From a virus: a stretch of 64,000 bases of DNA. A model generated the notes under the pieces. That model worked only from the letters and a program-made list of their open reading frames with translations. It did not search any database and was not told the origin of the DNA. The stretch is taken from IMG/VR virus record IMGVR_UViG_3300047409_000248, positions 1 to 64,000 of that record; one strand, written 5' to 3'. This document shows, piece after piece, positions 56,407 to 64,000 of the stretch. The position numbers and the translations under genes were made by a program. Every line of letters starts with the position of its first letter. The stretch's first letter is position 1.

Positions 56407-57483
56407 ATGCCCAGACTTAAGCCCCCGCCGAACCAGAAAGAAGACCCCAAGACGCTTGAGGTAGAACTTGAGCCTGATGGGACAGTTGTTCTGGATGAGA
56501 ACGAAGAGAACATTCAGGAATTAGCTACCGATACCGATGAGCAAAAGGCTGCCAAGCGAGATGCAGCCCGGGAATATCGCCAGAAGAAGAAGGAAGATGA
56601 GGAAGCGCTAGCTGCCTCCAATTCCGATCTCAAGAGGCAGCTTGACGAAATGAAGGCTGCGGTAGAGGAAAGCCGCAAGCAAACTCAAGCCGCTCAAACC
56701 CGCCAAGCCGAACTTGATGCTAAGATCAGGGAACGTGAGCAAGAAAATCATCAATATCTCTCCCGCGCCGAAGAAGCTGAGTATCAGTCTGTCCTTACTG
56801 CCATGGCAGCCGCTGAAGGAGAGGCTGAAAGCAGCAACCGCGATCTCGAAGCCGCCCTTACTGATGGAGATCATAAAAAGGCCGCCGATGCACAACGCCG
56901 CATCGCAAGGGCAGAGGCCAAGCTGGTTCAGCTTGAAGAAGGCAAGGATATTCTAGAGCGGCGCAAGTCTCAGGCAGCAGCAAGGGCAGAAGAAGCCCGT
57001 AAAAATCCTCCTGCACCGCAAAATCTATCAGTAGAACAACAGATTGACGCCGTTAATGCCCTCCTGCCAAGCCAGAAGGCGTGGCTCAAGGAACATTCTG
57101 ACTCTTGGACCGACCAGCGCAAGAATATGCGTCTTCAGGGTGCTCATGTAGAAGCTGAAGATAAAGGTCTCCAGCCCGGCACCAAAGGATACTTTGAGTA
57201 TCTGGAAGAGCGTCTTGGCTACAAGAAGCCTGATCCGACAAATGATGACGATGATGACGATGATGGTCCGGATCAAAACAAGCGTCGTCAGGAACGGAGA
57301 ACTCTTGTGTCAGCGCCAGTTTCCAGAGACGCAAAAGACAATAGCGGCAAGTCCAAAACCAAGATCACGCTTAGTGAAAAGCAGCTTGAGGCTGCCCAAA
57401 TCGCTGGTGTCGATCCGCAGACCTATGCCCGCAACCTGATGAAGCTGAATGCCATGAAAGAGGATGGTTATTATGACAACTGA
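56407..57483 (+). CDS. Putative capsid scaffolding protein
   Basis: Acidic coiled coil; C-terminal ITLS..Q..AA...GV....YA motif. Confidence 0.7.
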   Translation: MPRLKPPPNQKEDPKTLEVELEPDGTVVLDENEENIQELATDTDEQKAAKRDAAREYRQKKKEDEEALAASNSDLKRQLDEMKAAVEESRKQTQAAQTRQAELDAKIREREQENHQYLSRAEEAEYQSVLTAMAAAEGEAESSNRDLEAALTDGDHKKAADAQRRIARAEAKLVQLEEGKDILERRKSQAAARAEEARKNPPAPQNLSVEQQIDAVNALLPSQKAWLKEHSDSWTDQRKNMRLQGAHVEAEDKGLQPGTKGYFEYLEERLGYKKPDPTNDDDDDDDGPDQNKRRQERRTLVSAPVSRDAKDNSGKSKTKITLSEKQLEAAQIAGVDPQTYARNLMKLNAMKEDGYYDN

Positions 57484-58009
57484 ACCAAAGAAGCGTGGCC
57501 GTCCTGCTGGCTCTGTCAATAAAGCCAAACCCGCCCCGGTACGGGCCAATTCACGCCTTCCCAGCGATTTCGTCTACACTCTTGATGAAGATGATGATCG
57601 TCTGAATGGCCCCATTAATAGCGGTGAAGCAAAAATCCCGGATGGCATGAGCTATCAGTGGGTTACGGACAGCATTTTTGGCCAGCTTCAGCCGCAGCGC
57701 CGTTCTCGTTTCGAACGCAAGGGCTGGATGCCTGTCCCCGCTGAGCGCCATGATGGCGTCTGGACCCCGCGCGGCGCCAAGGGTGAGATCAACGTGGATG
57801 GTCTGGTTCTTATGGAGCGCCCGGCTGAATACACCAAGATGGCTCACGATCATGACAAGCGTAAAGCCCGCGAACAAGTGCTGATTAAGGAACAGCAGCT
57901 TCGTGGCGGCGATGTCGGCGTTACGCTGGATGGACGGCATCAGAGCGCCCTGAATAGCAATCGCATCAGCAAGAGTTATGAACCGCTTCTACAGGTCCCG
58001 GATGAATGA
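57473..58009 (+). CDS. Conserved head-module protein
   Basis: IPDGMSYQW...GW.PVPA.RH...GLVLMERP. Confidence 0.75.
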   Translation: MTTEPKKRGRPAGSVNKAKPAPVRANSRLPSDFVYTLDEDDDRLNGPINSGEAKIPDGMSYQWVTDSIFGQLQPQRRSRFERKGWMPVPAERHDGVWTPRGAKGEINVDGLVLMERPAEYTKMAHDHDKRKAREQVLIKEQQLRGGDVGVTLDGRHQSALNSNRISKSYEPLLQVPDE

Positions 58010-58010
58010 A

Positions 58011-58185
58011 ACTTGACGACAATTTAATTATGTCGTAAGTGTGTCGATATTAAGCCTTTGATAAGGCGAGCGTGCCGCTCAAACCTACCCATCACGCGCC
58101 GTGATGGCTTCTGTCAGTCAAGCAGAGCTTGCTGGCTTCACACAAAGCAGGATGGTCCTGCCGAGTATGAAAAGGAGCTATCACT
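58011..58185 (+). promoter_or_regulatory. Capsid operon promoter and structured leader
   Basis: TTGACG-17-TAAGTG inside an inverted repeat; several hairpins; AAGGAG SD. Confidence 0.5.
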
Positions 58186-58788
58186 ATGGCAAATATCGCT
58201 GCCCCCTTTGGTTTTCGTCAGCTTCGCCGCCTCGATGGTGGCGCTCCGACTGCTGGCTTTGAGACCGTTACCATTCTTTCCTCGGATACCAACCTGTACT
58301 TCACGGGTGATCCGGTCGCGTCTGCCACCGATGGCAACATTACCCTCCCCACGTCTGGCGCTGTCCAGATCAGGGGCATCTTCATGGGCTGCGAATATTA
58401 CAACGCGTCCGTGAACCGCATCGTCTTTGGCGCCTATTTCCCGGGTAACGTCAGCGCTGGCAACATCATCACCGGCTGGGTCTGTACCGATCCGGATATG
58501 CTCTATATCGCCCAGTGCTCCACCAACGCAGTTGTTGGCTCCAGCCGCAAAAACGAGAACATCGCCTTCAGCGTAGCCACTTCTTCGCTGGGTAATACCC
58601 TGAGCGGTGTTTCGGCAGTCAGTCTCTCTACCGACATTGGAACCAGTTCTTCGTATCCTTTCAGGATTTACGACTTCTATTCCAACTACGCACCTCCCGG
58701 CACCAACGGAACAGACAACACGTCAGCCGGTCAAATTCTGGTTGTCGCTCCGAATAACTTCGACCGCAACAACCTCGTCGGCGTCTAA
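58186..58788 (+). CDS. Capsid decoration/auxiliary protein
   Basis: MAN..APFGF...GD.V...GIF.GCEY...DPD; immediately upstream of the MCP. Confidence 0.7.
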   Translation: MANIAAPFGFRQLRRLDGGAPTAGFETVTILSSDTNLYFTGDPVASATDGNITLPTSGAVQIRGIFMGCEYYNASVNRIVFGAYFPGNVSAGNIITGWVCTDPDMLYIAQCSTNAVVGSSRKNENIAFSVATSSLGNTLSGVSAVSLSTDIGTSSSYPFRIYDFYSNYAPPGTNGTDNTSAGQILVVAPNNFDRNNLVGV

Positions 58789-58810
58789 CGGACCTTAGGA
58801 GTAGACCACT

Positions 58811-59725
58811 ATGCCCGTCGCACTCGCTCAAATTCGTGATCTACTCATTCCCGGTCTCTGGGGGGTCAGTGGCAAGTACGATCAGATCGAACGCCAGTGG
58901 CCCAAGATTTTCAAGCAGACCAACTCACAGATGGCTGTGGAGCGACGTGCTTCCATGCGCTATCTTGGTCTGGCCCAGTTGAAGCAGGAAGGTGGTCCCA
59001 CCTCCTTCGACAACGCGGCGGGCGAGCGATACGTCTACAACCAAGAGCATCAGGAAATTGGTCTGGGTTACGCGATTACCCGCAAGGCCATTGATGACAA
59101 CCTCTACAAGTCAGAGTTTGGCCCGTCCAACGACGGCTTGATGTTCTCCTTCGCCCAGACGGAGGAAATCTACGGCGCCAACGTCCTGAACAGCGGCACC
59201 ACCTTCAACGCCTCGGTAGGCGGCGACGGTAAGGCACTGTTCGATCCGGCCCATCCTATTGATGGCTCCACGATTTCTAACAAGCCTTCTGTGGACGTGG
59301 ACCTGAACGAAACTTCGCTTCTGAATGCCGGCATCCAGATCAGGTCTACTTGGCGAGATAACGCTGGCCTGAAGATTTATGCTCGCGGCAAGAAGCTTGT
59401 TATCCCGGTAGGGCTTGAGCCGGTCGCCATCCGCCTGTTCCGCAGCGAACTTCGCCCCGGCACGGCAACCAATGATGTCAATGCCATCATGGGCATGAAC
59501 GATAGCTTCAAGGAAGGCTATATCGTCAATGACTATCTGACTTCCAACTTTGCGTGGTTCCTTGTCACCAACGTTGACGGCCTGATCTTCATGAACCGCA
59601 AGCCTTATGAAATGGATATGTCGGTGGAATTCACCACCGATAACCTTCTGGTCAAGGGCTACCAGCGTTATAGCTTCGGCTATTATGACTGGCGCGCAAT
59701 CTGGGGCACGTTCCCGACTTCGTAA
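58811..59725 (+). CDS. Major capsid protein
   Basis: L.PGL N-terminus, K.EG, GYAITR.AIDDNLY, GGDG..LF...HP, NDVNAI, RYSFG..DWR...G. Confidence 0.9.
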   Translation: MPVALAQIRDLLIPGLWGVSGKYDQIERQWPKIFKQTNSQMAVERRASMRYLGLAQLKQEGGPTSFDNAAGERYVYNQEHQEIGLGYAITRKAIDDNLYKSEFGPSNDGLMFSFAQTEEIYGANVLNSGTTFNASVGGDGKALFDPAHPIDGSTISNKPSVDVDLNETSLLNAGIQIRSTWRDNAGLKIYARGKKLVIPVGLEPVAIRLFRSELRPGTATNDVNAIMGMNDSFKEGYIVNDYLTSNFAWFLVTNVDGLIFMNRKPYEMDMSVEFTTDNLLVKGYQRYSFGYYDWRAIWGTFPTS

Positions 59726-59738
59726 AGGATAAAACCAG

Positions 59739-59879
59739 ATGATTTCGGTCTTTAACACTCTGCCGGTGATTGGTGCAGTTCAGGCGGTATCGTTTAATAC
59801 CACGATTACCAGAGCGACCACGACTACGGCAGAGACGCTTAACGAATGCATCTGGATGCTACAGGCTGGTGGATATTAA
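59739..59879 (+). CDS. 46-aa protein (not in ORF track)
   Basis: AAAGGA SD; MISVFNTLP...LQAGGY*. Confidence 0.5.
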   Translation: MISVFNTLPVIGAVQAVSFNTTITRATTTTAETLNECIWMLQAGGY

Positions 59880-59891
59880 GGAAACGAGACT

Positions 59892-60218
59892 ATGGCACAA
59901 TCGGTAACTCTTTCTTCGGTCGGCACTGCCACCATTATCCTTAACCCGGTGTATAAAAGCACCAGTGTTATGCTTACTGGCGGCGGAAGCTCAGCGGGAA
60001 CTGTCCAGATCGAGATGACCTTGGATGATCCCACCATCGCTGGTGGACCTTCTTTATCTTGGGGTCTACTTAGCTCTGGCACGGCGATGCTGTCTTCTAA
60101 CGTGTCCTCACTGGTTTATACCGTGCTGTCGCCAATTGGCGGGGTTCGCATCAACTCGTCAGCAAACGGCGGTCTCGGCACGTGGACGCTGAAGGCCCTT
60201 CAGGCGGTTACGGCTTAA
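59892..60218 (+). CDS. Ser/Thr-rich beta structural protein
   Basis: IEMTLDDP...PIGGVRIN; paralogue-like to 60656-61006. Confidence 0.65.
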   Translation: MAQSVTLSSVGTATIILNPVYKSTSVMLTGGGSSAGTVQIEMTLDDPTIAGGPSLSWGLLSSGTAMLSSNVSSLVYTVLSPIGGVRINSSANGGLGTWTLKALQAVTA

Positions 60219-60228
60219 GGAGATAGAG

Positions 60229-60477
60229 ATGGCTAATCGTCATAAGGCTAGCGGCGGCAAGGTATCGGGCGGCATCAGCAAAGCTCAGGTTGATTACGGC
60301 AATCCTGACGTGCTCAAGGAAGCCAAGGCCAAGAAACGTGGCGGTTCCTGCGGCAAGGCGATGGGTGGCAAGTCCAAAGGCCGTCTGGATAAATATGCAC
60401 GCGGCGGCAAGGTGGGTGGTGATTGCACCAAATCCCCTTTTACGTCGGCATACGTCAAGACGAACGGGGACGCGTAG
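60229..60477 (+). CDS. Small basic protein with repeated xxGG motifs
   Basis: KASGG, KKRGG, KAMGG, YARGG; AAGGAG SD. Confidence 0.7.
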   Translation: MANRHKASGGKVSGGISKAQVDYGNPDVLKEAKAKKRGGSCGKAMGGKSKGRLDKYARGGKVGGDCTKSPFTSAYVKTNGDA

Positions 60478-60656
60478 AAAAGGCTGGCGGCGGCTGGATC
60501 AAAGGCACCGTCAAACATCCCGGCGCTTTCACTGCATCTGCCAACAAGGCTGGTAAATCGGTTCATGAGTATGCTGAAGAAAAGAAGCATGCATCCGGGA
60601 CCTTAGGCAGGCGCGCAAGACTGGCTCTTACTTTTGAAGGCATGCATAAGAAGTAA
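60423..60656 (+). CDS. Small basic protein (WIK...HPGA...GRRARLA.T type), probably a -1-frame extension of the previous gene
   Basis: No good start of its own; C CCT TTT at 60435-60441. Confidence 0.55.
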   Translation: MHQIPFYVGIRQDERGRVEKAGGGWIKGTVKHPGAFTASANKAGKSVHEYAEEKKHASGTLGRRARLALTFEGMHKK

Positions 60657-61006
60657 TGGGCAACCCGGTCTACATCTCGATCACTTCCTCCAGCAGCGCT
60701 CCTACGCGCGCTGTAAACCTTGATACGTCCCAATCTCCGTTCAATGTCTCTGTCGGCGTTGTCTTTGGCTCTACCAGCCTGACAGCCGCTTATGGCGTTG
60801 AGTTCACCATGGATGACCGGCAATATCTGGATGCTATCGGCTCAACGAGAGCACTTAGCTGGCTGCCGGATGCCAACCTGCCTGCTGGAACGTCTTCTGG
60901 TGCTACCTCCAACTATATGTTTCCAGTAGCCGCTGTCCGATGCACTGTGACCTCGCTTTCATCCAGCTATGTGGTCTTTCAGGTCATACAGGGCGGTAGA
61001 GCGTAA
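60656..61006 (+). CDS. Ser/Thr-rich beta structural protein
   Basis: SPFNVSVG...VEFTMDD...NY.FPV.AVR. Confidence 0.7.
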   Translation: MGNPVYISITSSSSAPTRAVNLDTSQSPFNVSVGVVFGSTSLTAAYGVEFTMDDRQYLDAIGSTRALSWLPDANLPAGTSSGATSNYMFPVAAVRCTVTSLSSSYVVFQVIQGGRA

Positions 61007-61018
61007 CAAGGGGGCGCC

Positions 61019-61510
61019 ATGGCTGTCTCCTTAGACGCAAAAGGCAAAGTCGGCGGTGGCGTTACCTTAACCGGATATACAGTTCAACTTGGTGGTTTGG
61101 GGCTCACCCTCACCAGTGAGGGCGTAAGCCTGATCCCGGTCAATGCGGCTTGGTTTGGCCCCAGCGGCACCCTAAGCCTTTCCAATACTCTGGTGAATGT
61201 TCTCTCCAGTGTCGGCACTGTGGTTGGTACACTTTCTGTGTCTGGCGGCTCTACCCGGGCGTATACGTTTACACTGGTGAATGATCCCAGTGCCTTCTTC
61301 TCTGTCGGCGGGTCGACACTTTCTGTGAGCGCAGCGCTGAGTGTGGGTACGGACACAATAACGGTTCGTGCCAGCGATACTGGAACGTCCGTCATCAATG
61401 GCGCGTTTGCTATTACGATATTCAGCACCGCATCAGGAGCGACTGGCTCTTTGTCCTTCAATAATGTAAATAACTCTATGTATTTCCCATTACTGGGAGG
61501 CATAGGCTAA
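61019..61510 (+). CDS. Structural protein with a cadherin/Ig-like domain
   Basis: GTVVGTLSV...YTFTL...F.V.G.TL...ITVRASD. Confidence 0.65.
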   Translation: MAVSLDAKGKVGGGVTLTGYTVQLGGLGLTLTSEGVSLIPVNAAWFGPSGTLSLSNTLVNVLSSVGTVVGTLSVSGGSTRAYTFTLVNDPSAFFSVGGSTLSVSAALSVGTDTITVRASDTGTSVINGAFAITIFSTASGATGSLSFNNVNNSMYFPLLGGIG

Positions 61511-61674
61511 TGGCCAGTATCTCTCTGGTGGTTAATTCCAGTATTGGCACTATCACCTTCTCGGCTAGTGGGACGTTTATTCTTATCCCGTTGCCTAAAA
61601 CTACTAATACCATGGGGATGCGATTTAACTTGGCAAGTAACTCGATGTACATTCCTCTGATGAGGCTAGGATAG
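61510..61674 (+). CDS. 54-aa protein (not in ORF track) sharing a C-terminal motif with the upstream gene
   Basis: TAATG coupling, GGAGG SD; ends MRFNLASNSMYIPLMRLG. Confidence 0.55.
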   Translation: MASISLVVNSSIGTITFSASGTFILIPLPKTTNTMGMRFNLASNSMYIPLMRLG

Positions 61675-61678
61675 AAAA

Positions 61679-63118
61679 ATGGCCGACAATATCACTGTCT
61701 TAAATTCTACCGGAGGTACCTTCACACTCCGTATGACGGATGTTGGCGGCGGTATCCTTACCAACAACTCCATCCCGACCAGCACGTCTGGTTCGCCTAT
61801 GTCGGTGCAGGCTGGCGCTGCGGTAACTTCCACGGCGCAAGGCGCTGCGGTGGTGGTGATCTCCTCGCTTTCTCCAAAGCATCTTGTAGAACCATCTTCA
61901 GCCATTCAGGTCACGTTGACCAGTAATACGGTGGCGGTTTCCTCTGCTACCGTAACTCTCTCTTCTGTGGCCACGATTACTCCATCTTCCGTTCTAACCA
62001 TTACCCCGTCCAGCAATCTGACTGTTGGCAGCGTTTCTTCCGGGGCTGTATCCCTGATATCGGGCGCCAATACGGCTAATATCGTTGCAGGCGCCAGCGC
62101 CGTTACCTCCACCATGAGCGCCTTGGTAGTGGCCTTGTCTACGCTGGGCAACTTCAGTGTAACAACCAGCAGCCAAATCCAGATAACCAATGGCACCGCA
62201 ACGGCCAACGTAGTCGCTGGCTCCAGTGCCGTGACTTCGACCATGAGCGCTCTTGTTGTGGCGCTGTCCACTCTTGGTAACTTCTCGGTCACGACCAGCA
62301 GTCAAGTCGGTATTATTGGCGGCACGGCTGGCGCCAATACGGCTACTGTGGTTGCAGGCTCCAGCGCTGTCACTTCTACCATGGCGGCCCTTGTGGTAGC
62401 CATCTCTACGCTGGGTACTGGTCAGAGCATCAGCACGATTACGTCGATGACTTCTGGCACGGTGGTTATTTCCAACGGCGCCAATCTTGCTAACGTTCTG
62501 GCTGGATCTTCTACTGTAACCTCCACCATGGCATCCTTGGTGGTTGCGCTTTCTTCCAATGGCGCAGGTATTATTGCCACGGGCACGCCAACCACTCCAT
62601 CGTCTCAGTATATTTCGGCGGTGGTGGTTGGGGATTTGCTAACTGGCGCCGCTAATTCTTCTGCCAGCAACCCGGTTGCTATCGGCGGTATCTATAACTC
62701 TACTAATCCAACCAGTGTTACCTCTGGTCAGCGTGTTCAGGCTTGGATGGATAAATCCGGCAAGCAAATCGCTGTAGGCGCCTTGCGTGCTCTCAAAGGG
62801 ACGCAATCAACCATCATCTCATGTGCTACGACTGAGACAAACATTACTGCTACCAGTTCTGGCGGCAATCTGATCGATATTTACGGCCTGATGGTCGCCA
62901 ATGGCAGCACTGGTCAGGTCCAGACAGTTACCATCAAGGATAGCTCTGGCGGCACGGTACGTGGCACGGTGATAGTCCCCTCTCTGGACACAAGAGGCTT
63001 TATGCTTGCGGTTGACTCAGCTTGGGTTCAATCGGCTTCCAGCCAAGCTTGGACCGCGACCCTAAGCAACTCCAGCGGAGTGGTTTCCATCACCACCATG
63101 TATGTTACCAACGTCTAA
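61679..63118 (+). CDS. Ser/Thr/Ala/Val-rich fibre-like virion protein with tandem repeats
   Basis: Four repeats of ANxVAGxSxVTSTMxxLVVAxS; almost no charged residues in the repeat region. Confidence 0.7.
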   Translation: MADNITVLNSTGGTFTLRMTDVGGGILTNNSIPTSTSGSPMSVQAGAAVTSTAQGAAVVVISSLSPKHLVEPSSAIQVTLTSNTVAVSSATVTLSSVATITPSSVLTITPSSNLTVGSVSSGAVSLISGANTANIVAGASAVTSTMSALVVALSTLGNFSVTTSSQIQITNGTATANVVAGSSAVTSTMSALVVALSTLGNFSVTTSSQVGIIGGTAGANTATVVAGSSAVTSTMAALVVAISTLGTGQSISTITSMTSGTVVISNGANLANVLAGSSTVTSTMASLVVALSSNGAGIIATGTPTTPSSQYISAVVVGDLLTGAANSSASNPVAIGGIYNSTNPTSVTSGQRVQAWMDKSGKQIAVGALRALKGTQSTIISCATTETNITATSSGGNLIDIYGLMVANGSTGQVQTVTIKDSSGGTVRGTVIVPSLDTRGFMLAVDSAWVQSASSQAWTATLSNSSGVVSITTMYVTNV

Positions 63119-63130
63119 TGGAATTAAAAA

Positions 63131-63823
63131 ATGCTCATGGGAATGATAGATGGCAAGGTGACTGTTGCCAGCGCCGGTGGCGGCGCTGCTGTTTTGGCTG
63201 TTGGCGGAACTAACTCTGGGGGTATTACTGCGGCACCTTGGACTGCTGGCACGTTTTCATTTTCTCCCGGCCTTGCTGTTGTAGGATTGGTTACTGGGCG
63301 TAGCGGCGGTTTTGCAAATATATCTGGCGTTACCATTAGTGGCATTGCGGCAAGCAGCATTGGAGGAGGGACGGCTACCAACGAATTTACAGTATCACTC
63401 TGGCAAGCGGCTGTTTCAAGCGCTGGAACCGTTGTCGTTACCAGTACTGGGGCAAGCATAAGCAATACATGCATTTGCGCGTGGTCACTGACTGGATTGG
63501 GGAGCAATACCGCTACCCAGCTTATCAGCGCTGATAATTACACTTCTCCTCACAACGATCCCCAATCCTTGGGCGCCTTGACAGTCAATACTGGAGGTGT
63601 TGGCGTCGTCTTTATCGGCGCAGACTTCAAGAGTAGCGCAGTTAATCCCACGATTTGGGCAAATGCCACTAGAGACTCCACTACTGAAAACAGTGATGGC
63701 AACTTCTCCATAGCTGGCGCCCATGTGACTGGTGCTAGCACAGCCGTCATTACAGCTACCGCAACTTCGACTGGTTCTGCCGATTGGAATTTCAACGGTA
63801 TGCAAGCAGCCTCTTGGGCTTAA
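63131..63823 (+). CDS. Ser/Thr/Gly-rich beta structural protein
   Basis: Composition and position in the virion module. Confidence 0.6.
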   Translation: MLMGMIDGKVTVASAGGGAAVLAVGGTNSGGITAAPWTAGTFSFSPGLAVVGLVTGRSGGFANISGVTISGIAASSIGGGTATNEFTVSLWQAAVSSAGTVVVTSTGASISNTCICAWSLTGLGSNTATQLISADNYTSPHNDPQSLGALTVNTGGVGVVFIGADFKSSAVNPTIWANATRDSTTENSDGNFSIAGAHVTGASTAVITATATSTGSADWNFNGMQAASWA

Positions 63824-63828
63824 TGTAA

Positions 63829-64000
63829 ATGGCAGGCTTCCTCCTATTAGGTTCCGCAGCAGGATCAGGCGCATCTGGCGCCATCTCGCAACAAAATCTT
63901 CCTATCGGCGGCATCGGTCTGACGCGCGGTATGACGATGGCGGCAGATGGCACGCTACTGACGTGGAACGATAGCACCGGACCATATAAGAACACCACGG
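63829..64000 (+). CDS. 3'-truncated protein, possibly a beta-propeller/tailspike
   Basis: MAGFLLLG...PIGGIGLTRGMTMAADGTLLTWNDSTGPY; open to the window end. Confidence 0.5.
   Translation, partial: MAGFLLLGSAAGSGASGAISQQNLPIGGIGLTRGMTMAADGTLLTWNDSTGPYKNTT

Larger units (their letters stand above)
1..64000. mobile_element. Tailed bacteriophage genome segment (podovirus-like, probable alphaproteobacterial host)
   Basis: TerL, portal, major capsid, ejection proteins, endolysin, ERF/YqaJ recombination genes and GcrA are present. There are no host housekeeping genes and no tape-measure or sheath gene in the window. Confidence 0.95.

Noticed and set aside
1147-63998. Numerous antisense/overlapping ORFs in the six-frame track (e.g. 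3624-4193, 5858-6478, 29781-30383, 33955-34539, 36197-36841, 59111-59758)
   Set aside because: They are shadows of well-supported genes on the other strand or frame, with no motifs or SD.
1-64000. Diversity-generating retroelement, retron or alternative genetic code
   Set aside because: No reverse transcriptase or TR/VR pair was seen, and long genes translate intact with the standard code using all three stops.

Overview
The whole window is tailed dsDNA phage DNA with podovirus-like architecture. The host is probably an alphaproteobacterium (Rhizobiales/Bradyrhizobium-like), judged from a GcrA homologue and Bradyrhizobium-type small secreted and membrane proteins. The virion module is split across the two window edges, so the genome is larger than 64 kb and circularly permuted here. 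Layout: 1-11.4 kb holds ejection/internal virion proteins, a tail fibre, a GH108 endolysin and lysis/membrane genes. 11.6-20.5 kb (-) holds recombination and accessory genes (AAA+, HNH, SSB, ERF, YqaJ, DGQHR/ParB-like). 21-26.9 kb (+) holds a Cro-like gene, GcrA, RusA, a replication initiator with iterons and TerS. 25-35 kb (-) is an early-type operon with a T7-gp0.7-like kinase and a MoxR-AAA/VWA module. About 35-36.3 kb is a non-coding divergence point. 36.3-41 kb (+) holds small genes. 41.1-50.3 kb (-) is a pseudaminic-acid-type (nonulosonate) biosynthesis operon. 50.3-64 kb (+) holds TerL, portal, GroES-like, scaffold, capsid and Ser/Thr-rich structural genes. I saw no integrase, DNA polymerase, RNA polymerase, canonical tRNA or CRISPR array. 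Four observations stand out. (1) A phage-resident nonulosonate pathway with extra tailoring enzymes is transcribed divergently from the virion operon, whose proteins are very Ser/Thr-rich, suggesting a virion glycan shield. (2) A covarying two-state RNA structure is repeated in at least 8 intergenic regions of the early operon, next to a gp0.7-like kinase, suggesting an RNase III process-and-protect system. (3) An acidic amphipathic C-terminal tag is shared by about 10 otherwise unrelated small proteins. (4) A recurrent [KRFY]-A-x-G-G motif occurs in internal virion and small basic proteins. All functional calls come from motif recognition by eye; no database searches were run.
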